Assembly (NCBI GenBank): GCA_944331915.1 | Contig: CALVIR010000003.1 | Coordinates: 3,294 to 67,293 of the forward strand | Reading direction: 5' to 3' | Source: an uncultured Bacilli bacterium | GTDB taxonomy: Bacteria; Bacillota_I; Bacilli_A; RF39; UBA660 | DNA: 64,000 nucleotides | Part shown: positions 18,656 to 27,706 of the stretch, piece by piece | How positions within the stretch are numbered: the stretch's first letter is position 1 | How the letters are laid out: every line of letters begins with the position of its first letter | The notes under the pieces: model-generated | Database searches by the model: none | Seen by the model: the letters and a program-made list of their open reading frames with translations, nothing else | Told to the model about the DNA's origin: nothing | Program-made: the position numbers and the translations under genes

Positions 18656-21600
18656 TTATTTAACCTTCTCTACTTTTAAAGCCATAGCAATATCATTTAA
18701 GATAATATCTTTAGGAAGAGTTTCATCTTTTATTAAGTCTATAGATAAAGTTTCTTCTTTAACATATTCTTCATAAGTTGAAATCATTTCATCAAGCATA
18801 TCATTACCATTATAGTATAAAGTAATACGATCAGTAATTATAAAGTCAGCTTCTTTTCTAAGACTTTGAACTTTTCTTACAACCTCACGAGCTAGACCCT
18901 CTAATAGTAAGTCATCAGTTAAAGTGGTATCTAAGACAACACTAATATTACCGTTAGTAGCTGATTTATATCCTTCTTTATTTTTTAATGTAGTTGTAAT
19001 CATATCAGAGGTAATTTCTAATTTTTCACCATTAAAGTCCGTAGTATAATAGCCAGCTTTAATTTGATTAACATCATTGATATCAAAAGTAGCGACAAGT
19101 TCTTGGAATTCTTTGATTTTAGGACCAAAGATTTTACCAACTACTTTGAAATTAGGTTTAACGATGTAATCCATATAAAGACTCATATCTTCTTCATACA
19201 TTATTTCTTTGATATTTAATTCTTCTTTAATGATAGAGTCTAGAGAACCAATAACGGTTTTAAAGATTGAAGGAACGATAATAAAGTTAAGAGGTTGTCT
19301 TACTTTAATACCAGCATCTTCTCTAGCATTTCTTCCTAAACTACAAACATCACGAACAAGATCCATTCTGTTTTCTAGTTCTTCATCGATTAAACTTTCA
19401 TCATAAGTTGGGAAGTCTTCTAAATGAATAGAGGTTTTACCAGTTAGATTTTGATATATTTCTTCTGTTATATACGGAGTGATCGGAGCAGCTAGTTTAA
19501 CAAAAGCAAGTAATACCTCATAAGTAGTTTGATAAACAGCTTTCTTACTTTCAGTTAATTCACTTTCCCAGAATCTTCTTCTGTTACTTCTAATATACCA
19601 ATTAGATAAGTCATCGTTTAAGAAATCAACAAGATAGTGAACAACTTTATTTAAGTCATATTCTTCATAAGCTTTAGTTACTTTCAATATTGTATTGTTA
19701 AGTCTAGATAATAACCATTTATCAGTTATATCACGATTATTTATAGGAACATTATAAACTCTAGGATCAATCTTATCAGCATTGGCATACATTTCAAAGA
19801 ATGAGTATGCATTCTTTAGGGTTCCTAAGTATTTAGAATAAACCTCTTTTAGGCCATCAAGGTCAAATTTTATTGGTGTCCAGACTGGAGATACATATGG
19901 TAAATAGAATCTTATAGTATCAGCACCAAATTCATTCATCAAATCAAATGGTTGGACAATATTACCTTTAGATTTACTCATTTTCTTACCATATTTATCA
20001 AGTAATAAGTCATTAACTAAAACATTTTTATAGGGACTTTTTCCGGTTACAAAGGTAGAAATTATCATAAGAGTATAGAACCAACCACGAGTTTGGTCAA
20101 TTCCTTCAGAGATAAAGTCAGCTGGAAATTGATCTTCAAAAAGTTCCTTATTTTCAAATGGATAATGGTATTGAGCGAAAGGCATAGAACCTGAATCAAA
20201 CCAACAGTCAATAACCTCACTAACTCTCGTCATTTTCTTACCACACTCTGGACACTTAATATGAATATCATCAACATAAGGACGATGTAGTTCAATAGAC
20301 TCATCAATATCTTCAATCGCTTTTTCTACTAGTTCTTTTCTTGAACCAATCATTTCTTGATGACCACAACTACATTTCCATAGTGGTAAAGGTGTACCCC
20401 AATATCTATTACGAGAGATAGCCCAGTCATTCATATTTAAAAGCCAATTACCAAATCTTTTTTCGCCAACAAAACTAGGATGCCAAGCGACTTCGTTATT
20501 GTTTTTAACAATTTTATCTTTTAGTTTAGTAACCTCTAAATAGTATGATGGTTTAGCATAGTATAAAAGTGGGGTATCACAACGCCAACAATGAGGATAG
20601 TTATGAACCATTTTTTCTTTTTTGAAAAGTTTACCATTTTCTTTTAAGTATTTAATAACCTCTAAGTCTGCATCAAAAACACGCATACCTTTCCAAAGAC
20701 CATCAGTATATTTGCCATCTTCACCGACAGGATTTAAGACTGGTAAATCGTATTTCTTACCAACGTTATAATCATCTTGTCCAAAAGCAGGAGCGATATG
20801 AACAATACCAGTACCATCTTCCATAGTTACATAGTCATCAACAGTAACAAAGAAGGCTTTTTTGTCTACTTTTAAGCTTGGAATAAGTTGTTCATATTCC
20901 ATATATTCTAAGTTCTTACCACTATATTCTTCTAGAACTTTATAATCGTCTCCTAAAACTTTATTAGCTAAAGCTTTACCAACGATAAATTTATTTCCTT
21001 TAGATTCAGCTAGAATATATTCTTCACGAGGATTAACACATAAAGCAACATTACTAATTAAGGTCCAAGGAGTTGTTGTCCAAACAAGAAAATAGACATC
21101 TTCATCTTTCTTTCTCATAGGAACAATAACAGTATTAGCAGTAATTTCTTTATAACCTTGAGCAACCTCATGAGAAGCTAGACCAGTACCACATCTAGTA
21201 CAGTACGGTAAAATCTTATGTCCTTCATAAAACATACCTTCATCAAAAAATTTCTTTAAGATCCACCATTCGGTTTCAATATAGTTATTATCATAAGTAA
21301 CATAAGGATGTTCTAAGTCAATAAATTGTCCCATTTCTCTAGTTAAATCAGTAAAGGCTTTTTCATTTTTCCAAACACTTTCACGACACTTTTGGTTAAA
21401 TTCTTTAATACCATATTCTTCAATATCTTTTTTATTATTAAAACCAAGTTCTTTTTCTACTTGTAATTCAACAGGAAGACCATGTGTATCCCACCCTACT
21501 TTACGTAAGACACGATATCCTTGCATAGTTTTATATTTACAGAAAGTATCTTTTAAGAATTTAGCCATCATATGATGAAGACCAGGCATCCCATTAGCAG

Positions 21601-21763
21601 TAGCAGGTCCATCATAGAAGACAAAGTTTTTACAGTCTTTACGGTTAGAGATGGTTTTTTCTAAGATATTTATTTTATCCCATTCTTTAAGTGTTTCTAG
21701 TTCTAGTTCATGTGTTTTACCTTTTCTTAGTTCTTTAAATGCCATAATTTCCCTCCTAAACAA
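18656..21763 (-). CDS. ileS: isoleucine--tRNA ligase (long type with C-terminal Zn-finger region)
   Basis: A 1035-aa protein with the HIGH-type motif PATANGMPGLHHMMAK, KMSKSKGN, and C-terminal cysteine pairs. Confidence 0.95.
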   Translation of the reverse strand: MFRREIMAFKELRKGKTHELELETLKEWDKINILEKTISNRKDCKNFVFYDGPATANGMPGLHHMMAKFLKDTFCKYKTMQGYRVLRKVGWDTHGLPVELQVEKELGFNNKKDIEEYGIKEFNQKCRESVWKNEKAFTDLTREMGQFIDLEHPYVTYDNNYIETEWWILKKFFDEGMFYEGHKILPYCTRCGTGLASHEVAQGYKEITANTVIVPMRKKDEDVYFLVWTTTPWTLISNVALCVNPREEYILAESKGNKFIVGKALANKVLGDDYKVLEEYSGKNLEYMEYEQLIPSLKVDKKAFFVTVDDYVTMEDGTGIVHIAPAFGQDDYNVGKKYDLPVLNPVGEDGKYTDGLWKGMRVFDADLEVIKYLKENGKLFKKEKMVHNYPHCWRCDTPLLYYAKPSYYLEVTKLKDKIVKNNNEVAWHPSFVGEKRFGNWLLNMNDWAISRNRYWGTPLPLWKCSCGHQEMIGSRKELVEKAIEDIDESIELHRPYVDDIHIKCPECGKKMTRVSEVIDCWFDSGSMPFAQYHYPFENKELFEDQFPADFISEGIDQTRGWFYTLMIISTFVTGKSPYKNVLVNDLLLDKYGKKMSKSKGNIVQPFDLMNEFGADTIRFYLPYVSPVWTPIKFDLDGLKEVYSKYLGTLKNAYSFFEMYANADKIDPRVYNVPINNRDITDKWLLSRLNNTILKVTKAYEEYDLNKVVHYLVDFLNDDLSNWYIRSNRRRFWESELTESKKAVYQTTYEVLLAFVKLAAPITPYITEEIYQNLTGKTSIHLEDFPTYDESLIDEELENRMDLVRDVCSLGRNAREDAGIKVRQPLNFIIVPSIFKTVIGSLDSIIKEELNIKEIMYEEDMSLYMDYIVKPNFKVVGKIFGPKIKEFQELVATFDINDVNQIKAGYYTTDFNGEKLEITSDMITTTLKNKEGYKSATNGNISVVLDTTLTDDLLLEGLAREVVRKVQSLRKEADFIITDRITLYYNGNDMLDEMISTYEEYVKEETLSIDLIKDETLPKDIILNDIAMALKVEKVK

Positions 21764-21765
21764 AA

Positions 21766-22010
21766 AAATCTATGTTCTAAGGACGAATCTTTTCGTGGTA
21801 CCACCTTAGTTCATAGATTTAACTATCTTAATTAGATAACGGTTTTACCCGGCTTTATCTTATCCATAAAGCACAACTTGAAAGTGATCCGAAATAAGTT
21901 CCTTTGTTAATTTCCACCAACCATTAACTCTCTTGAAAATTTCCTTATTTCCGTCTTTCGCACTTGTTTTAATAAACAAACTATAACACATTGTTTCTTG
22001 GTTTGGCAAT
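21766..22010 (-). promoter_or_regulatory. T-box riboswitch leader of ileS
   Basis: On the minus strand, AACTAAGGTGGTACCACGAAAAG matches the T-box/antiterminator consensus AANNNGGGTGGNACCGCG about 30 nt before the ileS ATG. An AGAGAG (GA-motif) lies upstream, and an ATC(A) candidate specifier sits in ...CGGATCAC... Confidence 0.55.
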
Positions 22011-22172
22011 GATTTTTTTAAATTTTTTTAAGTAAATATTATTAAAACTAACCAAATATATTCATAATGAACGAAGGAAACAAAATAAATTATGTTTCGC
22101 TCCCTGTCGTTACCTCCAAAGATTCCTACTTCACAGATAAGGTAATCCTTATTTTCCATAGGCTTAAATATT

Positions 22173-22295
22173 TTAAACTGGCGTCTTTATGTCCACGGCA
22201 AGAATAAATCTGACACAGCCAAAAATTTTATGAATTAATGCCTTTTGATTGTCTGTTGGATACAACCTAAACTTATATGTTTTATATGCTTCCAT
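22173..22295 (-). pseudogene. N-terminal remnant (40 codons) of an IS605-family TnpB/OrfB
   Basis: It translates to MEAYKTYKFRLYPTDNQKALIHKIFGCVRFI..., the hallmark TnpB N-terminus, then runs into a stop. It lies in a locally GC-richer non-coding stretch. Confidence 0.55.
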
Positions 22296-22401
22296 ATTGA
22301 TAACTTCCTGATGTAATCAGCTTAACATCCAGAACAATAGGTTGCCAAGAACTTTTTTGACTTTTAAACACACTTTCCTTATAGATAAAAAATGTATTTT
22401 A

Positions 22402-24177
22402 TTATTCTATACAAAGAATAGTTCTAAATGAGTTATCTATACGCACGCCACCTAAACTATATGTAGCACCATAAGAAAACAGACCAGAATCAACTTGATC
22501 ATAGTAGTATCCACCTCTTACTAACCAGGGATACTCATTATTTATCATATTATTAATATCTTTATACCATTCTGAAGTTTCTGATAAGGCATGGCTTAAA
22601 CATTCTTCTCCATTGCATGCTGTTAATATGTTATCTGTTATATATTTATCATAATACTTTGACTCGGGAAAAATGGTAAAATCAGCATTACCTAATATAT
22701 CATTATAATTACCCATAACATATTCCCAGGCTCCTCCTGATGTATCGTATATTCCATAAATATTGCCGGTTGTTGAAGCTCCGGTTCCATTTATATCTAT
22801 GTCATATGTGTATTGACATCCATAATCGGTATTGCTATTTGATGGCATTCCATAACTACACCCAGTTATATACTCTTCACTTTTATTTTGATATATTTCT
22901 TTATTAGCATTACTAAAATTTGTATTACCTAACTTTCCATATTTACTTTGGGATAGATATGTTACAGCTCCCCACTCACTGTTTTTCATCATATGGGTGT
23001 CGATAGTACTACTAAATCCATATCTATTTCCTTCATCATTCATCTTTAAACTTACATTAAAAGCATTACTTACATTTATACATCTCCAACTTGTTACATT
23101 TGGTTTTATCATCGGATCTAACTCAGTTGTATTCCCTCCTCCATATTCTAATGAAGGATTAGAACTACTTGTCTCAAACTTGCCTACCCAGATTCCACTT
23201 AGTTCCTCATCTCCGAATGTAAAGGCATCTGGGGTATAATACTCTTTTGCTCCAGTTGTCGTTATGTATTTTGCATTTCCCCTATCTTTTATTTTATCAC
23301 TTACAAATCTTATATCTATTTCTCCTGGTAATTCTTTAGTTGGTTCACTTTCTAAATAACAGCCTTGCTTTCCATAATAATTAGTTCCATCAACGCTTGC
23401 AATACTATAACTATATCTTGGTATCCATACCCACATTGTTTCAATATCATTCATATTTACTATGGTTCCTACAGAAGCATTTTTATAATTTTCTCTTGTT
23501 GAACTACTTACTGTTACCGCATTAGCCCATTTTTGCTCATTATAGTTATACCAATCATTTTTAGTGTTACTTGTATCAGCTTTAACCCAATTGTTATCTA
23601 CATATTTTACAGCTATCATATTAGTATCTAACTCTGGTGCATTTGGTTCATTTACATATTCTTTAAATAAATGTCCATTACTTGGCAAACTTAAATCATT
23701 ATAATCAAGTCCTACTTGTACCCCTAATTCTATCACTATTTCATTACTAGAATTATTTTCTACCATTATTTTATATTTATTACTACTACCTATACTTTTA
23801 CTTGCTTCTAAGTTTACTCCAGTTTCTTCTGGTAAATTAGTAGTTTCACAATCTTTTATATAACCAGCATTTACCTCTGTTGGTATTTCATTTAAGTAAT
23901 AAAAATTAAACCTAGCTATTCGATTATTGGGATTTGTTAATGTAATAATAAATTCTTCAGCACTATTGGCTTTAACAACGAGGTTTTGACTAGAATTGCC
24001 ATCTACTTTTAAATCATAAGTTAAATTACCTGTGACAATACTTATGGCATTACTTTTCTCCTTACTTACTGTAAACATGGCATAGGAAAAGTAACTTGCT
24101 AATAGTAATAAAGTAATTAATACTGTGCCTAAGATATATATCTTTGATATTTTAGTACTTAATAATATTTTCTTCAT
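22402..24177 (-). CDS. surface-protein family member 5 (FGE-like C-domain)
   Basis: A paralog of copies 2 and 3. Confidence 0.8.
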   Translation of the reverse strand: MKKILLSTKISKIYILGTVLITLLLLASYFSYAMFTVSKEKSNAISIVTGNLTYDLKVDGNSSQNLVVKANSAEEFIITLTNPNNRIARFNFYYLNEIPTEVNAGYIKDCETTNLPEETGVNLEASKSIGSSNKYKIMVENNSSNEIVIELGVQVGLDYNDLSLPSNGHLFKEYVNEPNAPELDTNMIAVKYVDNNWVKADTSNTKNDWYNYNEQKWANAVTVSSSTRENYKNASVGTIVNMNDIETMWVWIPRYSYSIASVDGTNYYGKQGCYLESEPTKELPGEIDIRFVSDKIKDRGNAKYITTTGAKEYYTPDAFTFGDEELSGIWVGKFETSSSNPSLEYGGGNTTELDPMIKPNVTSWRCINVSNAFNVSLKMNDEGNRYGFSSTIDTHMMKNSEWGAVTYLSQSKYGKLGNTNFSNANKEIYQNKSEEYITGCSYGMPSNSNTDYGCQYTYDIDINGTGASTTGNIYGIYDTSGGAWEYVMGNYNDILGNADFTIFPESKYYDKYITDNILTACNGEECLSHALSETSEWYKDINNMINNEYPWLVRGGYYYDQVDSGLFSYGATYSLGGVRIDNSFRTILCIE

Positions 24178-24330
24178 CTCTTACTCCCTTTATTTAACCA
24201 CAAAAAAGAACAGAATACCTCTATCCTGCTCTATTCCATAATTAAAGAAAGTACTTAAATGTCTAAAGTACCCCCCCCCGGTAACTTGTTGTAAACTTGA
24301 TACTCTTGCCATTTTCATACCTTCTTTCTA
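24178..24330 (-). promoter_or_regulatory. family leader cassette (copy 5): C9 tract 24271..24279, lacking the flanking A, giving a longer uORF
   Basis: Same element; here cccccccccggtaac replaces cccccccccaggtaac. Confidence 0.55.
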
Positions 24331-25281
24331 CATTTTATTAGTATTAGTATTACTATTTATATTTTGAGCTACTGATGGAGATGTTGCAAACATATCTTCT
24401 GCAGCTGCTATTCTTGCATTATTTAAAGATGATGATTGTAAATCTTCGATTATTGATTTTTTACTATTTGCAGCCATATTCAAGTCTTCTTGTTTCATAG
24501 CATTTTGACTTTCTAATATTCTTCTTTTATCTTGAACAGAGTTAAGATGATTTTGTTTCATTTCAGCTATCTTATTATTAATTTTATCTGTTACTTGCTC
24601 TTTCGCTGTTCTTTTAAATCTTCTTAAAGTATCCATAGTAACTTTACCCAAAAAGCTTTTAACAGTAACTACTGGTGGTCTTCCTATTCTTTTCTTATCT
24701 TCTATTATTTCTTGTTTTTTAGTCTCAACAAAGTCTTTAATTTGATCTTTCTTAGTACTTAAAGCTTGTCTTATTTCAGCACTTTTTAATTGAATAGATA
24801 AAGCGATACCTTTAATTCTTAAATCAATAGTAGTTTTTTCTCTTATTTGTTTTAAGGCTTCATTTTTAACTTTACCTAGTTTAGACTGTGCACTTGATAC
24901 TTTATTTGTAACATTAGTAGAAATATTAACAACTCTTTTATTAACATTCTCTACTATAGCTTGCTTAGTTTCTTTTATATCTTCAGTTACTTGTTTCTTT
25001 TTTTCTAATACTGCTTCTTTTGTTTCGTTTATTACTTTATTTTTCTTATTAATTATTTCTTGTCTCTTAGTATCTAAAGCATTAATAGTCCGGTTATATC
25101 TTTCAATAACAACATCTTGTTGAAAGGTATTAAAAGACTCTATTACATTGTTAGAAATAGTTGCAATTCTATTTTTTCTATACTCTATTTTCGCTTGTTT
25201 ATAATTATGAATGCTTGTAAATAATAATTGAAGGCTCTTTTCAATCTCTCTTTCCTTTTCTCTTAAATCTTGTTCTGTCAT
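24328..25281 (-). CDS. hypothetical coiled-coil protein (K/E/Q-rich)
   Basis: A 317-aa ORF with heptad-like repeats. Confidence 0.5.
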   Translation of the reverse strand: MTEQDLREKEREIEKSLQLLFTSIHNYKQAKIEYRKNRIATISNNVIESFNTFQQDVVIERYNRTINALDTKRQEIINKKNKVINETKEAVLEKKKQVTEDIKETKQAIVENVNKRVVNISTNVTNKVSSAQSKLGKVKNEALKQIREKTTIDLRIKGIALSIQLKSAEIRQALSTKKDQIKDFVETKKQEIIEDKKRIGRPPVVTVKSFLGKVTMDTLRRFKRTAKEQVTDKINNKIAEMKQNHLNSVQDKRRILESQNAMKQEDLNMAANSKKSIIEDLQSSSLNNARIAAAEDMFATSPSVAQNINSNTNTNKM

Positions 25282-25294
25282 CTAGAACCCCTCC

Positions 25295-25543
25295 TTATTG
25301 GAACATTGCTTGAACTATTTCTGTAAGTTTTGGTCTTTCTTCATCAGTTAAATCAACTAAAGTATCAGTTCCATCTTCATTCTTAACAAGACGAGAAGCT
25401 AAAACATCACTAGTTTCATCACCTTTATCAACCGCATAAATAGCATACTCTTTATCTTCAAAAGTAATTACTTTTAACATTTCGGCTTTACTTACAACTC
25501 CGTCTATTTCAATATCAAATTTTTCATTTTCCATTTTCTCCAC
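25295..25543 (-). CDS. small acidic protein, DUF1292/YrzB-like
   Basis: An 82-aa protein; the pattern FDIEIDGV...YAIYAV...E resembles DUF1292. Confidence 0.4.
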   Translation of the reverse strand: MEKMENEKFDIEIDGVVSKAEMLKVITFEDKEYAIYAVDKGDETSDVLASRLVKNEDGTDTLVDLTDEERPKLTEIVQAMFQ

Positions 25544-25591
25544 TCCTATTCTTTATAACTATGTTAACATAAAAGTCAAAAAAAAGAAATA

Positions 25592-27118
25592 CTATCTTTT
25601 CTTAAGGGTGTACACTTTGTTATCAGATAATATTTCTTTATTAATCAAAACCTCACTATATTTACCTTGATTACTCTTTTGTTGGAGAGTACGACTTACA
25701 TCAAGTAAAGAGGTTAAAACGATTTCACTTAGTTCTCTTGCTCCAGTATTATTACTAGTAACACGGTTTAAGATTTCATTTACATATGATTCATCATATT
25801 TTAGATCAACATTATATGTTTCTTGATAGAATTGTCGTTTCAAAAGAAACGGGCTAAGTTTTCCTTCCGTCATTATGGTTTTTAAATCTTCTTTTGAAAG
25901 GTTGTTATAGACAATTTTAGGGCTAGCACGACCGACAAATTCAGCGATAAAGCCATAGTTAATGATATCAGTAGGAGTTATAGTTTTCATTTTATCTTGA
26001 GTAGATACAAAACCTAAATGTTTATCTTTGGCTTTAAATAATTCTTCAAAGGCTCCTCCCATAACTATATTCATGAATGATGTATCAATTTTAACACTTT
26101 GAGTAAGAGTTACATTAACATCATAGGTACTGCCATCTAAAAAGTTTAGTAATAAGTTTTGGACAGCAACATCAGAAACATCACGACCACGGGAAGCTAT
26201 TTTATCTATTTCATCTAAGAAGATTAATGATTCTTCACATTCTTTAATCTTTCTACCGGCATTTTGATATGCTAAAGCTAAGAGATCGTTAATATCATTA
26301 CCTTTGTATCCTGAAGCTGATAATGTTGGAGTTGAATATCTTGTAAAAGGAACTTTTAAATACTCGGCTAAAAGTTTTAAAGTCTCTGTTTTACCTACTC
26401 CAGAAGGACCTATTAAAAGAGGTCTTAAAATCAAGTGAGGATTTTTAGTTTTATAGTTTTCAGCTATAACTGTTACTAACTGTTCAATTTGTCTATCTTG
26501 ACCAATGATACGCTCTTTTAAATAAGCTTCCAATTCTTCGGTATCAATATCTCTTCTAAAGTCATTTTTAACATCTGTTTTAGTACTTTCAGATTGTTTA
26601 TAAGTAACTGTTTCTTTATTTTGTACTGTTTCTTTTTTCTCAGATGGGAGATTTGATTTTAATATACTTTCTATCGAATTAACAATTTCTTCCATGGAGA
26701 TATTAGGAGGAATTGGTATAACTCCACTAATTTGATAATTGCTTTCCATTGAACCATTATAGACAGTTAGCAAATCTCTAGCATCTTCTACTGGCATCTC
26801 TATTAAGTCATAATCACCAGTTTCAGAGTTAAAGATACAGATATTGAGGCAAGAGAAGACATCTTCTTTAAAGAACTCTAAAGCTTGATTGATATTTTTT
26901 GTTGTATACGCTGTTAATAATTCTTCTTTTGACTGTACATAAGCGACACATTCTTTTTCATCACGTTTAATAAAATATTCATCATCAGCATAGAAATAGA
27001 ATTTATTATCACTGCTAATAAAATTACCATCTTGAATTTCACCTTTTATTACTCTGATGGGATTATAAATGACAATACCATTATTATATAATACTTTTTT
27101 CATTAATATTGCGTACAT
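25592..27118 (-). CDS. ClpX/HslU-like AAA+ ATPase lacking the N-terminal zinc-finger
   Basis: Walker A LLIGPSGVGKTETLKLLAEYLKVPF, Walker B IFLDEIDKI, and a sensor region closely resemble the ClpX AAA module. The N-terminal ~200 aa are unrelated. Confidence 0.65.
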   Translation of the reverse strand: MYAILMKKVLYNNGIVIYNPIRVIKGEIQDGNFISSDNKFYFYADDEYFIKRDEKECVAYVQSKEELLTAYTTKNINQALEFFKEDVFSCLNICIFNSETGDYDLIEMPVEDARDLLTVYNGSMESNYQISGVIPIPPNISMEEIVNSIESILKSNLPSEKKETVQNKETVTYKQSESTKTDVKNDFRRDIDTEELEAYLKERIIGQDRQIEQLVTVIAENYKTKNPHLILRPLLIGPSGVGKTETLKLLAEYLKVPFTRYSTPTLSASGYKGNDINDLLALAYQNAGRKIKECEESLIFLDEIDKIASRGRDVSDVAVQNLLLNFLDGSTYDVNVTLTQSVKIDTSFMNIVMGGAFEELFKAKDKHLGFVSTQDKMKTITPTDIINYGFIAEFVGRASPKIVYNNLSKEDLKTIMTEGKLSPFLLKRQFYQETYNVDLKYDESYVNEILNRVTSNNTGARELSEIVLTSLLDVSRTLQQKSNQGKYSEVLINKEILSDNKVYTLKKR

Positions 27119-27142
27119 AGAACCACCCTTACTATTTAATTA

Positions 27143-27598
27143 TTATTTATCTGTAGAACCAAAACCACCAGTTCTTACACCTATCGCTTGATCATTATCA
27201 GTTGTTAAGTATTTTAAAAATAATACTTGCCCGATAACATCACCTTTTTTTACCTCTAAGTCATGATCACTACAGTTGAAGAAAGCAAAGAAGAAATGAC
27301 CATCATTAGATTCATTACCATAGTAATCGGCATCTACTAATCCGACACTATTCGCTAAGATAAAGCCCTTTTTAGGTCCACTGCTCCTATTTAAAAGAAG
27401 GAAACACTCATCATCACCACAATATGCTTTTAACCCTGTAGGTACAAGAGTTGGTTTAATACCTTCATGATATTTAGGAATGATTATATCTTCTGCTGCT
27501 TCAATATCATAAGCGGCAGAGTTTTTAGTCTTTCTAACTGGTAAATTTATATTTTTATCTTCATATCCTTTTGCTATTTCAAAACCTCTTTGTTTCAT
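27143..27598 (-). CDS. dut: dUTP diphosphatase (trimeric dUTPase)
   Basis: A 151-aa protein with AAYDI, RSSG and GLVDADYYG motifs. Confidence 0.85.
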   Translation of the reverse strand: MKQRGFEIAKGYEDKNINLPVRKTKNSAAYDIEAAEDIIIPKYHEGIKPTLVPTGLKAYCGDDECFLLLNRSSGPKKGFILANSVGLVDADYYGNESNDGHFFFAFFNCSDHDLEVKKGDVIGQVLFLKYLTTDNDQAIGVRTGGFGSTDK

Positions 27599-27706
27599 AT
27601 TACACCTCTTTCTATATACAATATATAAAACTAATTTTGGTTAGTCAATCTTTTTTTGAAAGAAAAAACTGGTAAATACATTTTTAGAGTATTTACCAGT
27701 TAGAAA

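Noticed and set aside
22020-22154. A 44-aa minus-strand micro-ORF (MENKDYLICEVGIFGGNDRERNIIYF...) just downstream of the tnpB remnant
   Set aside because: It has no RBS and overlaps the probable 5' part of the ileS T-box leader. It is most likely non-coding debris of the IS scar.
7724-24177. Interpreting the FGE-like C-domains as evidence for a sulfatase-maturation pathway
   Set aside because: There is no sulfatase gene or anaerobic sulfatase-maturing enzyme in the window. The proteins carry export signals and TasA-like modules, so a structural or binding role is more plausible.
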